This document shows, in pieces, positions 50,172-59,089 of a stretch of DNA of 64,000 bases. Source of the stretch: a virus. The position numbers were made by a program, and so were the translations under genes. A model generated the notes under the pieces. That model was not told where the DNA came from and ran no database searches. It worked only from the letters and a program-made list of their open reading frames with translations. Each line of letters starts with the position of its first letter. Position 1 is the first letter of the stretch. The stretch spans positions 1-64,000 of the IMG/VR virus record IMGVR_UViG_3300037231_000119. One strand, 5' to 3'.

Positions 50172-50582
50172 ATGCGATCACTACGGTCAAATCTAGTTCT
50201 GGTATCGGCCTACGGTTCTAAACTCTCGAATGAGCAAAATCATGCCAACCATGAGAAGGCCATTGAAATGCTTGAGAGAGACAACGTTCGATTCCAGGTA
50301 GTCAATGGAGTCTATAAGGGAGCCAAGGAGCTTGTATTCCTAATGGCTAGCACTGACACTGATACACATGACCAAAATGTGACGACCGCTTATATGTTAG
50401 GGCACTTGTTTAATCAAGAGAGTCTACTTGAAGTTCATAACGACAATACGGCGGTACTTCACTACTTGGGAGGCGAGAGCGTTAGCCTTGGGAAGTTTCA
50501 GGAAGTTAGTGAATTTGAAGCTTTGAGTCACGATTCATATACGCATGAGCCAGTATTGGATCGATATTTTGTGGTTAAGTAA
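50172..50582 (+). CDS. S-adenosylmethionine lyase (T3 SAMase-like)
   Basis: VLVSAY..L..E.N...H, G.YK..KE, FNQESLL, TAVLHY and LGKFQEV match T3 SAMase as recalled (VLVSAF, GCYRE, WEQDCVL, TAGLVY, GSFQEV). Confidence 0.8.
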   Translation: MRSLRSNLVLVSAYGSKLSNEQNHANHEKAIEMLERDNVRFQVVNGVYKGAKELVFLMASTDTDTHDQNVTTAYMLGHLFNQESLLEVHNDNTAVLHYLGGESVSLGKFQEVSEFEALSHDSYTHEPVLDRYFVVK

Positions 50583-50603
50583 TTAAAACTTAAGGAGAAT
50601 AGT

Positions 50604-51584
50604 ATGAGTATTAAGGGGTTCAAAGCAATGAGTGCAGATATGACCTGCCGTGAGTTTAAATTCAAAGTAGGTAAAACCTATACTACCGATACGGTTACTA
50701 TGTGTTCTAGCGGGTTTCATTTTTGTGAGAATGCGTTTGATGTATACAATTACTATCCTAAGAGCGTCAATACGGTCGTATGTGAAATAGAAGCGTTAGG
50801 TGAAGTTCTTAAAGAGGGAGATAAAAGCGCAACTAATAAAATTAAGATCATTAGAAAATTAACAGAAACCGATTTACTTAATCTTTGGATTAAACGAACG
50901 AACTCGGGCTATGGGAACTCGGGCAATAGGAACTCGGGCGATTGGAACTCGGGCGATTGGAACTCGGGCTATGGGAACTCGGGCAATAGGAACTCGGGCG
51001 ATGGGAACTCGGGCGATTGGAACTCGGGCAATAGGAACTCGGGCAATAGGAACTCGGGCGATGGGAACTCGGGCGATTGGAACTCGGGCAATAGGAACTC
51101 GGGCTATGGGAACTCGGGCAATAGGAACTCGGGCTATGGGAACTCGGGCAATAGGAACTCGGGCGATTGGAACTCGGGCGATGGGAACTCGGGCTATTTT
51201 AATACAACTATTCCAGTTTATCTCTTCAATAAGCCATCCACTATGGTCTACTCGGAGGAATTTGAAAATCGTATTAGAGGCTTATCTGTCAAGCCTATTC
51301 TTGAATGGGTTGGAATGGACACTATGACTGAGGAAGAAAAAACGATTTACCCATCCCACAAAACTACAGGCGGATTCCTACGTAAAACAGATAGGTTCGA
51401 CTGGCGCTATCTGACCAATGAAGATAAGGAATTCATTAAGGCACTTCCAAATTTCGATGATAGCTTGTTTAAACAAATCAGTAATGGTGTCAGTCTTTCA
51501 GATAATGTGGAAGTTACTATTAATGGTAAAACTAAAACTATCTCCAAGGCTAAGGCTATTGAGATGGGGTTAATCGAAGAATAG
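50604..51584 (+). CDS. phage protein with GFHFC N-domain and NSGxx pentapeptide repeats
   Basis: KGFKA...C..GFHFC...YY domain; 20 NSGxx units. Confidence 0.9.
   Translation: MSIKGFKAMSADMTCREFKFKVGKTYTTDTVTMCSSGFHFCENAFDVYNYYPKSVNTVVCEIEALGEVLKEGDKSATNKIKIIRKLTETDLLNLWIKRTNSGYGNSGNRNSGDWNSGDWNSGYGNSGNRNSGDGNSGDWNSGNRNSGNRNSGDGNSGDWNSGNRNSGYGNSGNRNSGYGNSGNRNSGDWNSGDGNSGYFNTTIPVYLFNKPSTMVYSEEFENRIRGLSVKPILEWVGMDTMTEEEKTIYPSHKTTGGFLRKTDRFDWRYLTNEDKEFIKALPNFDDSLFKQISNGVSLSDNVEVTINGKTKTISKAKAIEMGLIEE
50901..51200 (+). repeat. 15-bp tandem repeat x20 (AACTCGGGCxATyGG)
   Basis: Directly visible. Confidence 0.95.
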
Positions 51585-51629
51585 GGTCAGAAGTGATTTT
51601 TAACAAAAGTGAATTTTAAGGGGAATGGT

Positions 51630-52007
51630 ATGTTGAAGAAGAATGCAATGAGATGGGTTAAGGCTTTGAGATCTGGTAAGTATAAACAGGGAGATCAATT
51701 TTTAATGAGGGGAGATGAAGACTCAGTCCATAGATTTTGTTGCCTCGGGGTATTGGCAGCCATCAATGGAGTTGAGGTTGAACCAGACGATCGTCAGGCT
51801 CTTGATAACGGCTTGCATGTGGACTGTGACCTCGCCACCGAAGCGGGAAGAATCTATAAGCTCGATGAATATAACAACCGTTTTCCAATTAAACTGAAGG
51901 TGGGAGGAAAACTGTGGTCTTACCAATCGTTGGCGGATGCTAATGATAGTGGTGCAAGTTTTAAGGTCATCGCAACTTGGATTGAAAAGAACTATAGGTT
52001 AATTTAG
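51630..52007 (+). CDS. conserved phage protein (WV.ALRSG.Y.QG...CCLGV...ND.G.SF..IA)
   Basis: Motif pattern. Confidence 0.8.
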   Translation: MLKKNAMRWVKALRSGKYKQGDQFLMRGDEDSVHRFCCLGVLAAINGVEVEPDDRQALDNGLHVDCDLATEAGRIYKLDEYNNRFPIKLKVGGKLWSYQSLADANDSGASFKVIATWIEKNYRLI

Positions 52008-52053
52008 TTCCAGAAGTGAATTTTCAGCGTCGATAAACAATAAGAAGGAAAAT

Positions 52054-52806
52054 ATGAATAACGGTATTAAGTTGATCTTGATCTTGGTTGGATGTGTTGT
52101 GTTGAATGGCTGCGGTGGGAGTCAAGGTAATACGGGCGCAACGGGAGCACAAGGCAATGACGGAGCGGTCGGCGCAACTGGTGTAACCGGTCCTACGGCA
52201 TCTCCTAGTCCAACGGCAACCGAGTCAGCTGCTCAAGTATTGGTTGATGAAGTTAATGCTTCTAGGGAGTTACAAGGACAAGCTCCATTCACTTCCGGTC
52301 TTGCTTGTACGGTCCAAGCAGTTGGATCTGGCCAATGGTTGTCGGCTTCTAGTCCCGGGTACGTCGCCTTGACTGCGGCACAACAGACAGCGGAGGGTAT
52401 TATTACGGTTCTGGCCGGTTCTAAGTCCTATCCCTATCTGTTCACCGGCTCGTTTGACCAGGTTAATAGCGGTCCAGGGGCCAACAGCCTATTGCCAACG
52501 GCCTTGCAACCACTATTCTTGGCCAATAACTATAAGATCGGCTGTAATGGTCAACTTGTGATTACTCAAGCTGGATACTATACGTTGGATATGAACAGCG
52601 ATGATGGATCGATCCTAACCATTGACGGTGTTCAGGTCATCAATAATGACGGTAACCATGCCATGACTGATGGAACGGGCGTATACTTCTTTACTGAGGC
52701 AGTCCATACGTTTAGCTTGCTCTATGCTCAATCTGGTGGTGGTAACTTTGGATTGGTGCTTCAGTCTAATGGCACGGTTCTCGATGGTTCGTTGTTCTAT
52801 CATTAA
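52054..52806 (+). CDS. lipoprotein with collagen-like GXY segment and PA14-like domain
   Basis: LNGC lipobox; (GXY)n; SDDGS.L.IDG..VINNDGNH. Confidence 0.85.
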   Translation: MNNGIKLILILVGCVVLNGCGGSQGNTGATGAQGNDGAVGATGVTGPTASPSPTATESAAQVLVDEVNASRELQGQAPFTSGLACTVQAVGSGQWLSASSPGYVALTAAQQTAEGIITVLAGSKSYPYLFTGSFDQVNSGPGANSLLPTALQPLFLANNYKIGCNGQLVITQAGYYTLDMNSDDGSILTIDGVQVINNDGNHAMTDGTGVYFFTEAVHTFSLLYAQSGGGNFGLVLQSNGTVLDGSLFYH

Positions 52807-52818
52807 TAGTTAAGGCGC

Positions 52819-52856
52819 CCCATATGTGATTTTAGGGTTGCATATGGGATTTTTTA
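52819..52856 (+). terminator. intrinsic terminator
   Basis: CCCATATGTGAT/GTTGCATATGGG followed by a T run. Confidence 0.75.
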
Positions 52857-52885
52857 TAAAAGTGAATTTTAACAAAGGAGTTTAT

Positions 52886-53203
52886 ATGAATAAGATCTTG
52901 ATCGGCTTGTCTTTCTTGGTAATGTCCTGTGGTTCTGGTTCCTCTAGTCCATTCGCCCCTTCTTGTCAGACGGGTCAGTTACTTGGATATGACAATCAAT
53001 GCTATTCCTGTAATACCGGTACCCCAGAATACGCATCGGGGGAATTTGGATACTGTAGTTCCATAAATTCTGGGGGAGTTACTTGTTGTTCTACGGAATT
53101 CTGGAACTATAATAACATTACTTGTGAGCCAAGAACCCCATGGTTGTGTTCGGATGCACTATGCCACTCTTCAAATATTGGAGTTTGTGTTTATCTTCCA
53201 TGA
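52886..53203 (+). CDS. Cys-rich lipoprotein
   Basis: VMSC lipobox; AAAGGAG SD. Confidence 0.75.
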   Translation: MNKILIGLSFLVMSCGSGSSSPFAPSCQTGQLLGYDNQCYSCNTGTPEYASGEFGYCSSINSGGVTCCSTEFWNYNNITCEPRTPWLCSDALCHSSNIGVCVYLP

Positions 53204-53229
53204 GAAGTGAATTTTAAGGAGAATTCTAT

Positions 53230-53660
53230 ATGACCAAATATGAAGAAAGTCAACAAGCTAAAAGAATTCTGGCCGGTCAGTTTTATGCCGCTCCACCATA
53301 TGAAGGATGGGCTAAGCTTTATGTGGACGCCGAACGTGGTATTCCAAAGGCTTGGTATAACGATTTCATTGACGAATTGGTTAGTGAAGATGTGCACTAC
53401 AGACATCAGCTTGAGGAGTCGGTGAGATATTTTGGGGTGCATTGGGTATGACAGACGTAGTTTTTAGGGCAGACTTAGAACCAATGAGCTGTTCAACTTG
53501 TAATGTTCCTCTGAAGAAAGCTTCATATGTTCCAGGAAACCATGGACTTTATTGTAATATATGTGTTGAATTCGTGGAAGAAATTGAAGAAGAGGGGGAG
53601 CAAGAAATTGTGGAAGATAGTGGGGTTGTGCCAGAAGTGAATTTTGAGGAGGCAGTATGA
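53230..53660 (+). other. two small CDSs (53230-53451, 53448-53660)
   Basis: SD and ATGA overlaps. Confidence 0.65.
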
Positions 53661-53863
53661 AAAGTGTTTTTCTGGTAGAGTCAGGAGAGAGATATGAGGG
53701 ATCGGTTGTTATAGGAGTTTATAGATCCCGAGGCGGTGTTGTTCAGGCAGCGATGGATGAACAGGAGGATCACGAAGGAAAATGGGTTAAGAACAATCAC
53801 TCTTCTTATTGAACCAATGGATCCGACTATGTGCGCATAACTGAAATTGACGTTGAGGAGTAA
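53657..53863 (+). pseudogene. 68-codon gene with an internal TGA (53810-53812)
   Basis: GAGGAGG SD; frame continues TNGSDYVRITEIDVEE to a TAA just before the next ATG. Confidence 0.6.
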
Positions 53864-53866
53864 AAT

Positions 53867-54055
53867 ATGGATTTTGTTAATGGAGATACTGTGATCATGA
53901 AGTCTGGTGGACCTACTATGATCGTTATAGATGAAAACACAAAGTATGGTTATGTAACCTGCGCATGGTTTGATAGAAATGGTGAAGTTCATCAAAATAA
54001 CTTTCTTCCCATTACATTGGAAAAATATAGGCGCCCAAGGCCAGGTCCAAGATGA
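53867..54055 (+). CDS. YodC/DUF2158-like protein
   Basis: GDTV.MKSGGP.M.V...V.C.WF. Confidence 0.85.
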   Translation: MDFVNGDTVIMKSGGPTMIVIDENTKYGYVTCAWFDRNGEVHQNNFLPITLEKYRRPRPGPR

Positions 54056-54157
54056 GTGCGCCAGGACCAACCAAGTTAGATAGGCAAATGGCCCATGTAT
54101 GTTTTCTATTGTCGATTGTGATTTTTGTGATAGTGTGGAAACTGAAATGAGTAATTT

Positions 54158-54325
54158 ATGAAATATTTGAAAGTGATTTTGCAGCCAATTAAAATTAAGG
54201 GTGACTTGGATGATGAAACCCAACTACAGCAGGATGTGTATGAGAAAGTAATGAATATGATCGAGTCGGAAACATTGTCGTTCCAGGTGGACGACGAGGA
54301 AGAGGAAGACGACTGTGACTTCTAA
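54158..54325 (+). CDS. 55-aa acidic protein
   Basis: MKYLKVIL...DDEEEEDDCDF. Confidence 0.6.
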   Translation: MKYLKVILQPIKIKGDLDDETQLQQDVYEKVMNMIESETLSFQVDDEEEEDDCDF

Positions 54326-54332
54326 TATTTCA

Positions 54333-54536
54333 ATGTTGGAATTTTACCGAATGCTTGAAGAGCACGACTGGTACTTTACCATGTCGGATGACAGAAGTGT
54401 TTATCTTAGGGGAAGCCGAGAGGAATCGGAACTAAAAGCTATTTCTAGCAGTTCTCCTGAACGTAAGGCTCTTTATGATGAGTACTATTCCTATCAGTGG
54501 AAGGGTACTGAAAAGCCAGCTAAGCCTCTATTCTAA
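54333..54536 (+). CDS. conserved small phage protein (HDWY..MSDD)
   Basis: Motif pattern. Confidence 0.7.
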   Translation: MLEFYRMLEEHDWYFTMSDDRSVYLRGSREESELKAISSSSPERKALYDEYYSYQWKGTEKPAKPLF

Positions 54537-55012
54537 AAGCCTTCTTTATTGGCTTCAGCTTTTCCATCAATCTCTTCTAAGTTGCCGAAATCCATCCCAC
54601 CTGACTTAGGTAGTGGCTTAGATTCGGCTTTCTTAATTTCAGCTTGGATGGTTTCCTGCGTAGGCCTTTTCTTTTTAGCCGCTCTGGCAATCTCTCTATT
54701 AAGTACGGCGTCAACCATTTGCTCTTCTTCCTCCTTACTTACGCGACGATAGGTTGGATCTTTGATCAGGTAGAGTTTCTCGAGGAGGTCTTCCCCTTCT
54801 TGCTCAATAATGGATGGATGGTACTTATCTTCATACAGCGCCTGTAAGACCATCATAGGATCTAGCTCGTTCATAACCACATGAAGAGCGGTATGGAATT
54901 GGACGCTATACTGGCGACAGCGAATTCTCCACACAGAATCTGGAGTGGGATCGAGACATGCGTTGATTGCTTTGAGTTCGCAATACTCAAATAGGGAGAA
55001 GAAGTCGATCAT
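54533..55012 (-). CDS. hypothetical protein, possible tail assembly chaperone partner
   Basis: Helical; follows 55025..55471. Confidence 0.5.
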   Translation of the reverse strand: MIDFFSLFEYCELKAINACLDPTPDSVWRIRCRQYSVQFHTALHVVMNELDPMMVLQALYEDKYHPSIIEQEGEDLLEKLYLIKDPTYRRVSKEEEEQMVDAVLNREIARAAKKKRPTQETIQAEIKKAESKPLPKSGGMDFGNLEEIDGKAEANKEGF

Positions 55013-55024
55013 AGTAGGGGCCCA

Positions 55025-55471
55025 TTACTCAGCAGCCTTCTGAAGAAGTGCCTCAGCCTTAGCTATTGATTTAGTTAAGATCTCCTCACGTTCTTTAGAA
55101 ATCTTATCTTTGAACATAGTCTCGGCACGATCGCTTGCGTCAAGAACCAATTTGATGATCTGAAGGTCCCCTATGTTTCCTGCGATGCCCCCCGGTTCTT
55201 GGGATGCGGATGTCCAAAAAGGTGGGGCCTTAATAATAAGCTGGTTGAGACGACTAAGAGCGTAAGCTAAGTTAATTTCCGTCTCACTGGCCAACATCGC
55301 AAACTGTCCGAGATAGCTCCTATACTCCCTACCAGCATGAAGAAGTTCTGTGGGATTGAGATAGGTGCGAAATACGAAGGTCCCAGTGTATGTTCCACCT
55401 ACCTCCGAATCAGTTTTTGGCATAACCCAAGTAGCCGTTGAACCTTCTAAACGAATATCATTGTTGTTCAA
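55025..55471 (-). CDS. possible tail assembly chaperone
   Basis: TYTGTFVFR...KAPPFW pattern; GAGGGG SD. Confidence 0.5.
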   Translation of the reverse strand: MNNNDIRLEGSTATWVMPKTDSEVGGTYTGTFVFRTYLNPTELLHAGREYRSYLGQFAMLASETEINLAYALSRLNQLIIKAPPFWTSASQEPGGIAGNIGDLQIIKLVLDASDRAETMFKDKISKEREEILTKSIAKAEALLQKAAE

Positions 55472-55551
55472 AATAAACCCCTCAATCCTTATTTACAATA
55501 TATCACGGAACTGTGACCTGACGGCAAATCCCCGAATTAAACCTATAAATT

Positions 55552-55739
55552 GTAAACTAAAACAGTTGAAAACCAAAATCCTCAATGAAATCAACAAACA
55601 CTTAAAAGAATACTTGGATAAATCAAGAGAAAGAAAACTTACTCTTCTTCTATCATGAGAAACAACCAAAGCTACAAACTATTTTACATAAACAGTAAAA
55701 TAAATTTCTTTCCTTGGTTAAAATACATAAAAGAAAGAA
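55552..55739. repeat. long A-rich direct repeat, copy 2
   Basis: See 38930-39117. Confidence 0.95.
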
Positions 55740-55764
55740 GGCAGCTAGAAAATCAAATTTTCGC

Positions 55765-55793
55765 TTGACCATCTTCTCGAGAGTTGATATGGT
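55765..55793 (+). promoter_or_regulatory. sigma70-like promoter
   Basis: TTGACC-N17-TATGGT then AAGGAG. Confidence 0.7.
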
Positions 55794-55816
55794 ACTAATT
55801 AAGGAGTAACTGAATT

Positions 55817-56664
55817 ATGAACAACCTTTACGAGATCGGTCCAGACCTCTTTGAAGTCCACTCAAGCCGCCCTACAGCTGTCTACAAGGGCACGCAGCTT
55901 CAAACCTTAGTCTATTGCGTCCAAGTGCTCAAAGTCGATCCAGAACAACTACAGTTCGCTATGATAGATATGATTCAGAAGGATCACAACAGCGCGGACT
56001 TTGGTATTCTTGGAACATTCCTGTATAGTTTTAATAGATATGAAAAGAAGGCTTCCTAATATGTTTAGACCAATGGAACTCTGGCGGCATCGTAATTGCT
56101 TAGATATCGATATCTTAGTACTCAAGATACAGTTTCAACATAGTGATTATGTTATGGCCAAGGTTAAATACTGGAATCGACACTATAAGGTATTTTCTTG
56201 GGCTGACCCAGAAACGGTTAAGATCTTGAGAAGTGATTTCAGTAAGTGGACCTTGGTGGAAGAAGCATGAGTGTAGAATTGATCAAAACTGAATCAAAAC
56301 CATGTGTTAGATGTGGCTGCAAGGATTTTAAGGTGATCTTGGGAGCTAAGGCTTGTGTTGAATGCCTTACTTATATTCCTAAAGAATTAGTGCGTGATAT
56401 AAGAAAGTAGGAGTATCTATGGAAAACATGAAGACTTTGACCGTTCATTGCTATGCAGAAGATCCAACTCAAGAACGGAGGGTTACCATGAGGCTTGCCC
56501 TTATTACCGTTATTGCAGCAGCCACGGAAGATACTGTGATTAGTGGAAAGCCTCGTAGGATAGTTACGGTGATGTTTATGGATGGCGCCAGCCTGGATGT
56601 AGTGCTCGATCATTCTGATTTGACCATGTTGGAAGAAGCAATTGGGTCTTACTGTTTTGAATAG
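55817..56664 (+). other. small CDSs (55817-56059, 56061-56270, 56419-56664)
   Basis: Packed ORFs. Confidence 0.65.
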
Positions 56665-56668
56665 TCGA

Positions 56669-57040
56669 CTATTTTGAATCGACGAGCTTCACCAAAAGCT
56701 CCAGCATGGACTTAGTAGAAGCGGCCAAATCTTCCCTAAGTTCTTGAATTCGTTGACCTAATACTCTAACTTCCGCATTGTACGTATCTTTTACGTGTGT
56801 AAATTCGTTTGTTACGATTTGTTTTTGAGTTTCTAATTCAACTTCTAACTTTTTTATCTTGTCTTCCAATAAGACAGACACCTTAGCCACTTCTTCTTTG
56901 GCCTGATCTAGGATAGACTCTCTGTATTTCTCTCTCTTAATAGCCATCCCAAGCGTAACATGGCGATATGATGTATAAATCATGCCACCTGTGGTGGCTA
57001 TAGCTGCTATAATTCCGGTTGCGGTGCCTATATCGATCAT
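56669..57040 (-). CDS. TM-anchored coiled-coil protein
   Basis: N-terminal TM; CAATCTTA motif upstream. Confidence 0.7.
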   Translation of the reverse strand: MIDIGTATGIIAAIATTGGMIYTSYRHVTLGMAIKREKYRESILDQAKEEVAKVSVLLEDKIKKLEVELETQKQIVTNEFTHVKDTYNAEVRVLGQRIQELREDLAASTKSMLELLVKLVDSK

Positions 57041-57108
57041 ATGGTGTATCCCTTCGAGTAAGATTGGCTGAAAATAGGTCATGATATAGTAAGGGATAGG
57101 GGATTTAT

Positions 57109-57381
57109 ATGGAGACTAAAGAAGAAGGTTTTTTCGATTTTTTGCTAGGCTACAGGAAGACTCTGGCTTGGGTTGCCATGTTTGCGATTTCAATAGTTTT
57201 CCGCCTTAAGGGGTATATTGACGGAGGCCAATTTGTGGACCTATCTAAAGCCACTTTTTTGGGATTCATAACTGGTAACTTGGGTGAACATCTCGGGAAC
57301 CTAGGACAGGCCTATTTTAATAGTAAGGCCGGAGCGGCTGTAGAAGCTAAGGCTATCGCTGAGGTTAAAAATGTCATCTAA
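57109..57381 (+). CDS. holin-like membrane protein
   Basis: 90 aa with two hydrophobic segments. Confidence 0.55.
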   Translation: METKEEGFFDFLLGYRKTLAWVAMFAISIVFRLKGYIDGGQFVDLSKATFLGFITGNLGEHLGNLGQAYFNSKAGAAVEAKAIAEVKNVI

Positions 57382-57673
57382 ACTGTCCCTCCTCTGGGCA
57401 TACATTAAGGCCGAACTCTCTGACATCTGGGCCAAAAGTAAGATGTGGATTATTGCAGGGGCAAGTCTTATTATCTATTTGAAATGGCGTCAGATTAAGG
57501 AAGCTCTTATTGTAAGAGCCGGAAATAAAGAGATTCAGCAGTCTAATGCACAAGACAAAGATCTTTCGGTAGCTGAGACCACGGCCAATGCTAGCGCTGA
57601 AGCGATCATTAAGTCTGCAGATGCCTTGCCAGCTAGCGAACCGGCCGTCGATGACAATTGGAATACCAAATGA
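57371..57673 (+). CDS. membrane protein, possible spanin
   Basis: One TM followed by an Ala-rich helix. Confidence 0.45.
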   Translation: MSSKLSLLWAYIKAELSDIWAKSKMWIIAGASLIIYLKWRQIKEALIVRAGNKEIQQSNAQDKDLSVAETTANASAEAIIKSADALPASEPAVDDNWNTK

Positions 57674-58062
57674 AAAAACTTATTGTTAGCCTTCTTCTAC
57701 TCTGCACTTTTTCAAATTTAGCTTTCGCCGATTGCGATTGGAAGACCGGCATTGTTCCTGGTCCCAATAAGACCTTTGTGTATTCAGAGGCGTGCCATTT
57801 AGCCGTGGGAAAACTGGTTCAAGATTCGACCGTTAAAGACCAGCAGATTCTGGATTACAAACAGGCTATTTCACTTAAAGATCTTGCTCTAACAAATTCC
57901 GACGCTCGTGTGGCTATGTGGGAAAAAAGTTCTTTAGATCAAATGGATAGGCTTACCAAGATTGATTCAGAGCAGAAACACAATGACTTTCTATATTTTG
58001 GATTGGGAATTCTTAGCGCTGTGGCGGTTGGTTTCGCAACCGCAAAATTGGTGGGTAAATGA
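57670..58062 (+). CDS. exported protein with C-terminal TM, possible spanin
   Basis: Signal peptide, coiled coil, C-terminal TM. Confidence 0.45.
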   Translation: MKKLIVSLLLLCTFSNLAFADCDWKTGIVPGPNKTFVYSEACHLAVGKLVQDSTVKDQQILDYKQAISLKDLALTNSDARVAMWEKSSLDQMDRLTKIDSEQKHNDFLYFGLGILSAVAVGFATAKLVGK

Positions 58063-58569
58063 TCAGCCCCTAACGGGTAGGGAAGCCACAATTTTATACA
58101 GATCCGCTGGCGCTAAATTTGCTACTGGTTGAGTGATCTTAACCCCCTCGTAGTTCTCTAGAATATAAGCGACCATTTCCGAACAGAAGTCAGACGACTG
58201 ATCATACTGAAAAGGATTGCTTATTTTAATTCCCACTAATTGTCCCAAACGAACTAGAGCCATACCTAGAATCCCACTAATGCTGTAAGGTTTACCTAAT
58301 TGATTTATGGCAAATTGTAATAGAGCCTTCTTATCCTTAATGGGGAAGGCAAATTCCTTATAAATATTCTCTTTTGTATCGAAAAGAGGTTCGCCTATGA
58401 AGTTAACCACTAATCCACTTGCCTGTATTACTATATTTTCACTTAGCCCGTTCAATTGGACCCGGATATAGGAATGCGAGAACGGCGACCAGTACGCCAA
58501 GCGAATCAGCCATGAAAATGGAGCAAACCAAGCAGCCGGTTTTGAAAATCCTATTACGATTGAGTCCAT
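58063..58569 (-). CDS. permuted papain-like NlpC/P60 amidase (YiiX/YebB-like)
   Basis: FSHS...LGKPY...FCSEMV. Confidence 0.85.
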   Translation of the reverse strand: MDSIVIGFSKPAAWFAPFSWLIRLAYWSPFSHSYIRVQLNGLSENIVIQASGLVVNFIGEPLFDTKENIYKEFAFPIKDKKALLQFAINQLGKPYSISGILGMALVRLGQLVGIKISNPFQYDQSSDFCSEMVAYILENYEGVKITQPVANLAPADLYKIVASLPVRG

Positions 58570-58571
58570 GT

Positions 58572-59087
58572 CTAACTCCCCGGATTGGCCGTAGGGACGA
58601 TGCCCAGGTATGCCTGTATTTGATTTAAGTAACTATAAAGAATAGAATTAGTCACAAAAGGAGATAGGGCCGTTTTTATCGAGCTTGTATCTGCAATCAT
58701 AGTATTGATTTCGGTGATAGCGGCATATAGAGATCCAGTTTGAAGATAATAGGCTAAGGTTTGAGCATAGGTCGCCACCGCAATAGTTTTTCCCGACTGT
58801 GTAATTCCAGCTAACATATTTTGTGTCGCGAACTGTAGGGACATATTAGCTCCAAAATATTGCGCTTGCTGTAATATATCTGAAACTATTTCAGTTTCGG
58901 ACATAGATGCGCTAACAGGCGCTGTGAAAACGACATTATCTGTAGTAGTCCAGCCCGTGGTGGGCTGAGGAGATGTATTTGTTATATCGACTAAAATATA
59001 TTGTGAACCAGGATTCCATGCCGATACGCCATCCCAAGTTGCCGTACTGATTACCACACCATTTTGAATAATAGCAATAGTTTTCAT
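58572..59087 (-). CDS. tail-fibre-associated protein
   Basis: AII.NG.V...GW...FTAP; follows the fibre gene. Confidence 0.65.
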   Translation of the reverse strand: MKTIAIIQNGVVISTATWDGVSAWNPGSQYILVDITNTSPQPTTGWTTTDNVVFTAPVSASMSETEIVSDILQQAQYFGANMSLQFATQNMLAGITQSGKTIAVATYAQTLAYYLQTGSLYAAITEINTMIADTSSIKTALSPFVTNSILYSYLNQIQAYLGIVPTANPGS

Positions 59088-59089
59088 AT

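Noticed and set aside
50911-51327. GTRAI/GTRAM repeat ORF
   Set aside because: Alternate frame of the 15-bp repeat
53810-53812. Genome-wide stop-codon reassignment
   Set aside because: Long genes are intact in code 11 and all three stops terminate genes
54533-55471. Programmed frameshift between the putative tail chaperones
   Set aside because: No clear slippery heptamer; the second ORF has its own ATG
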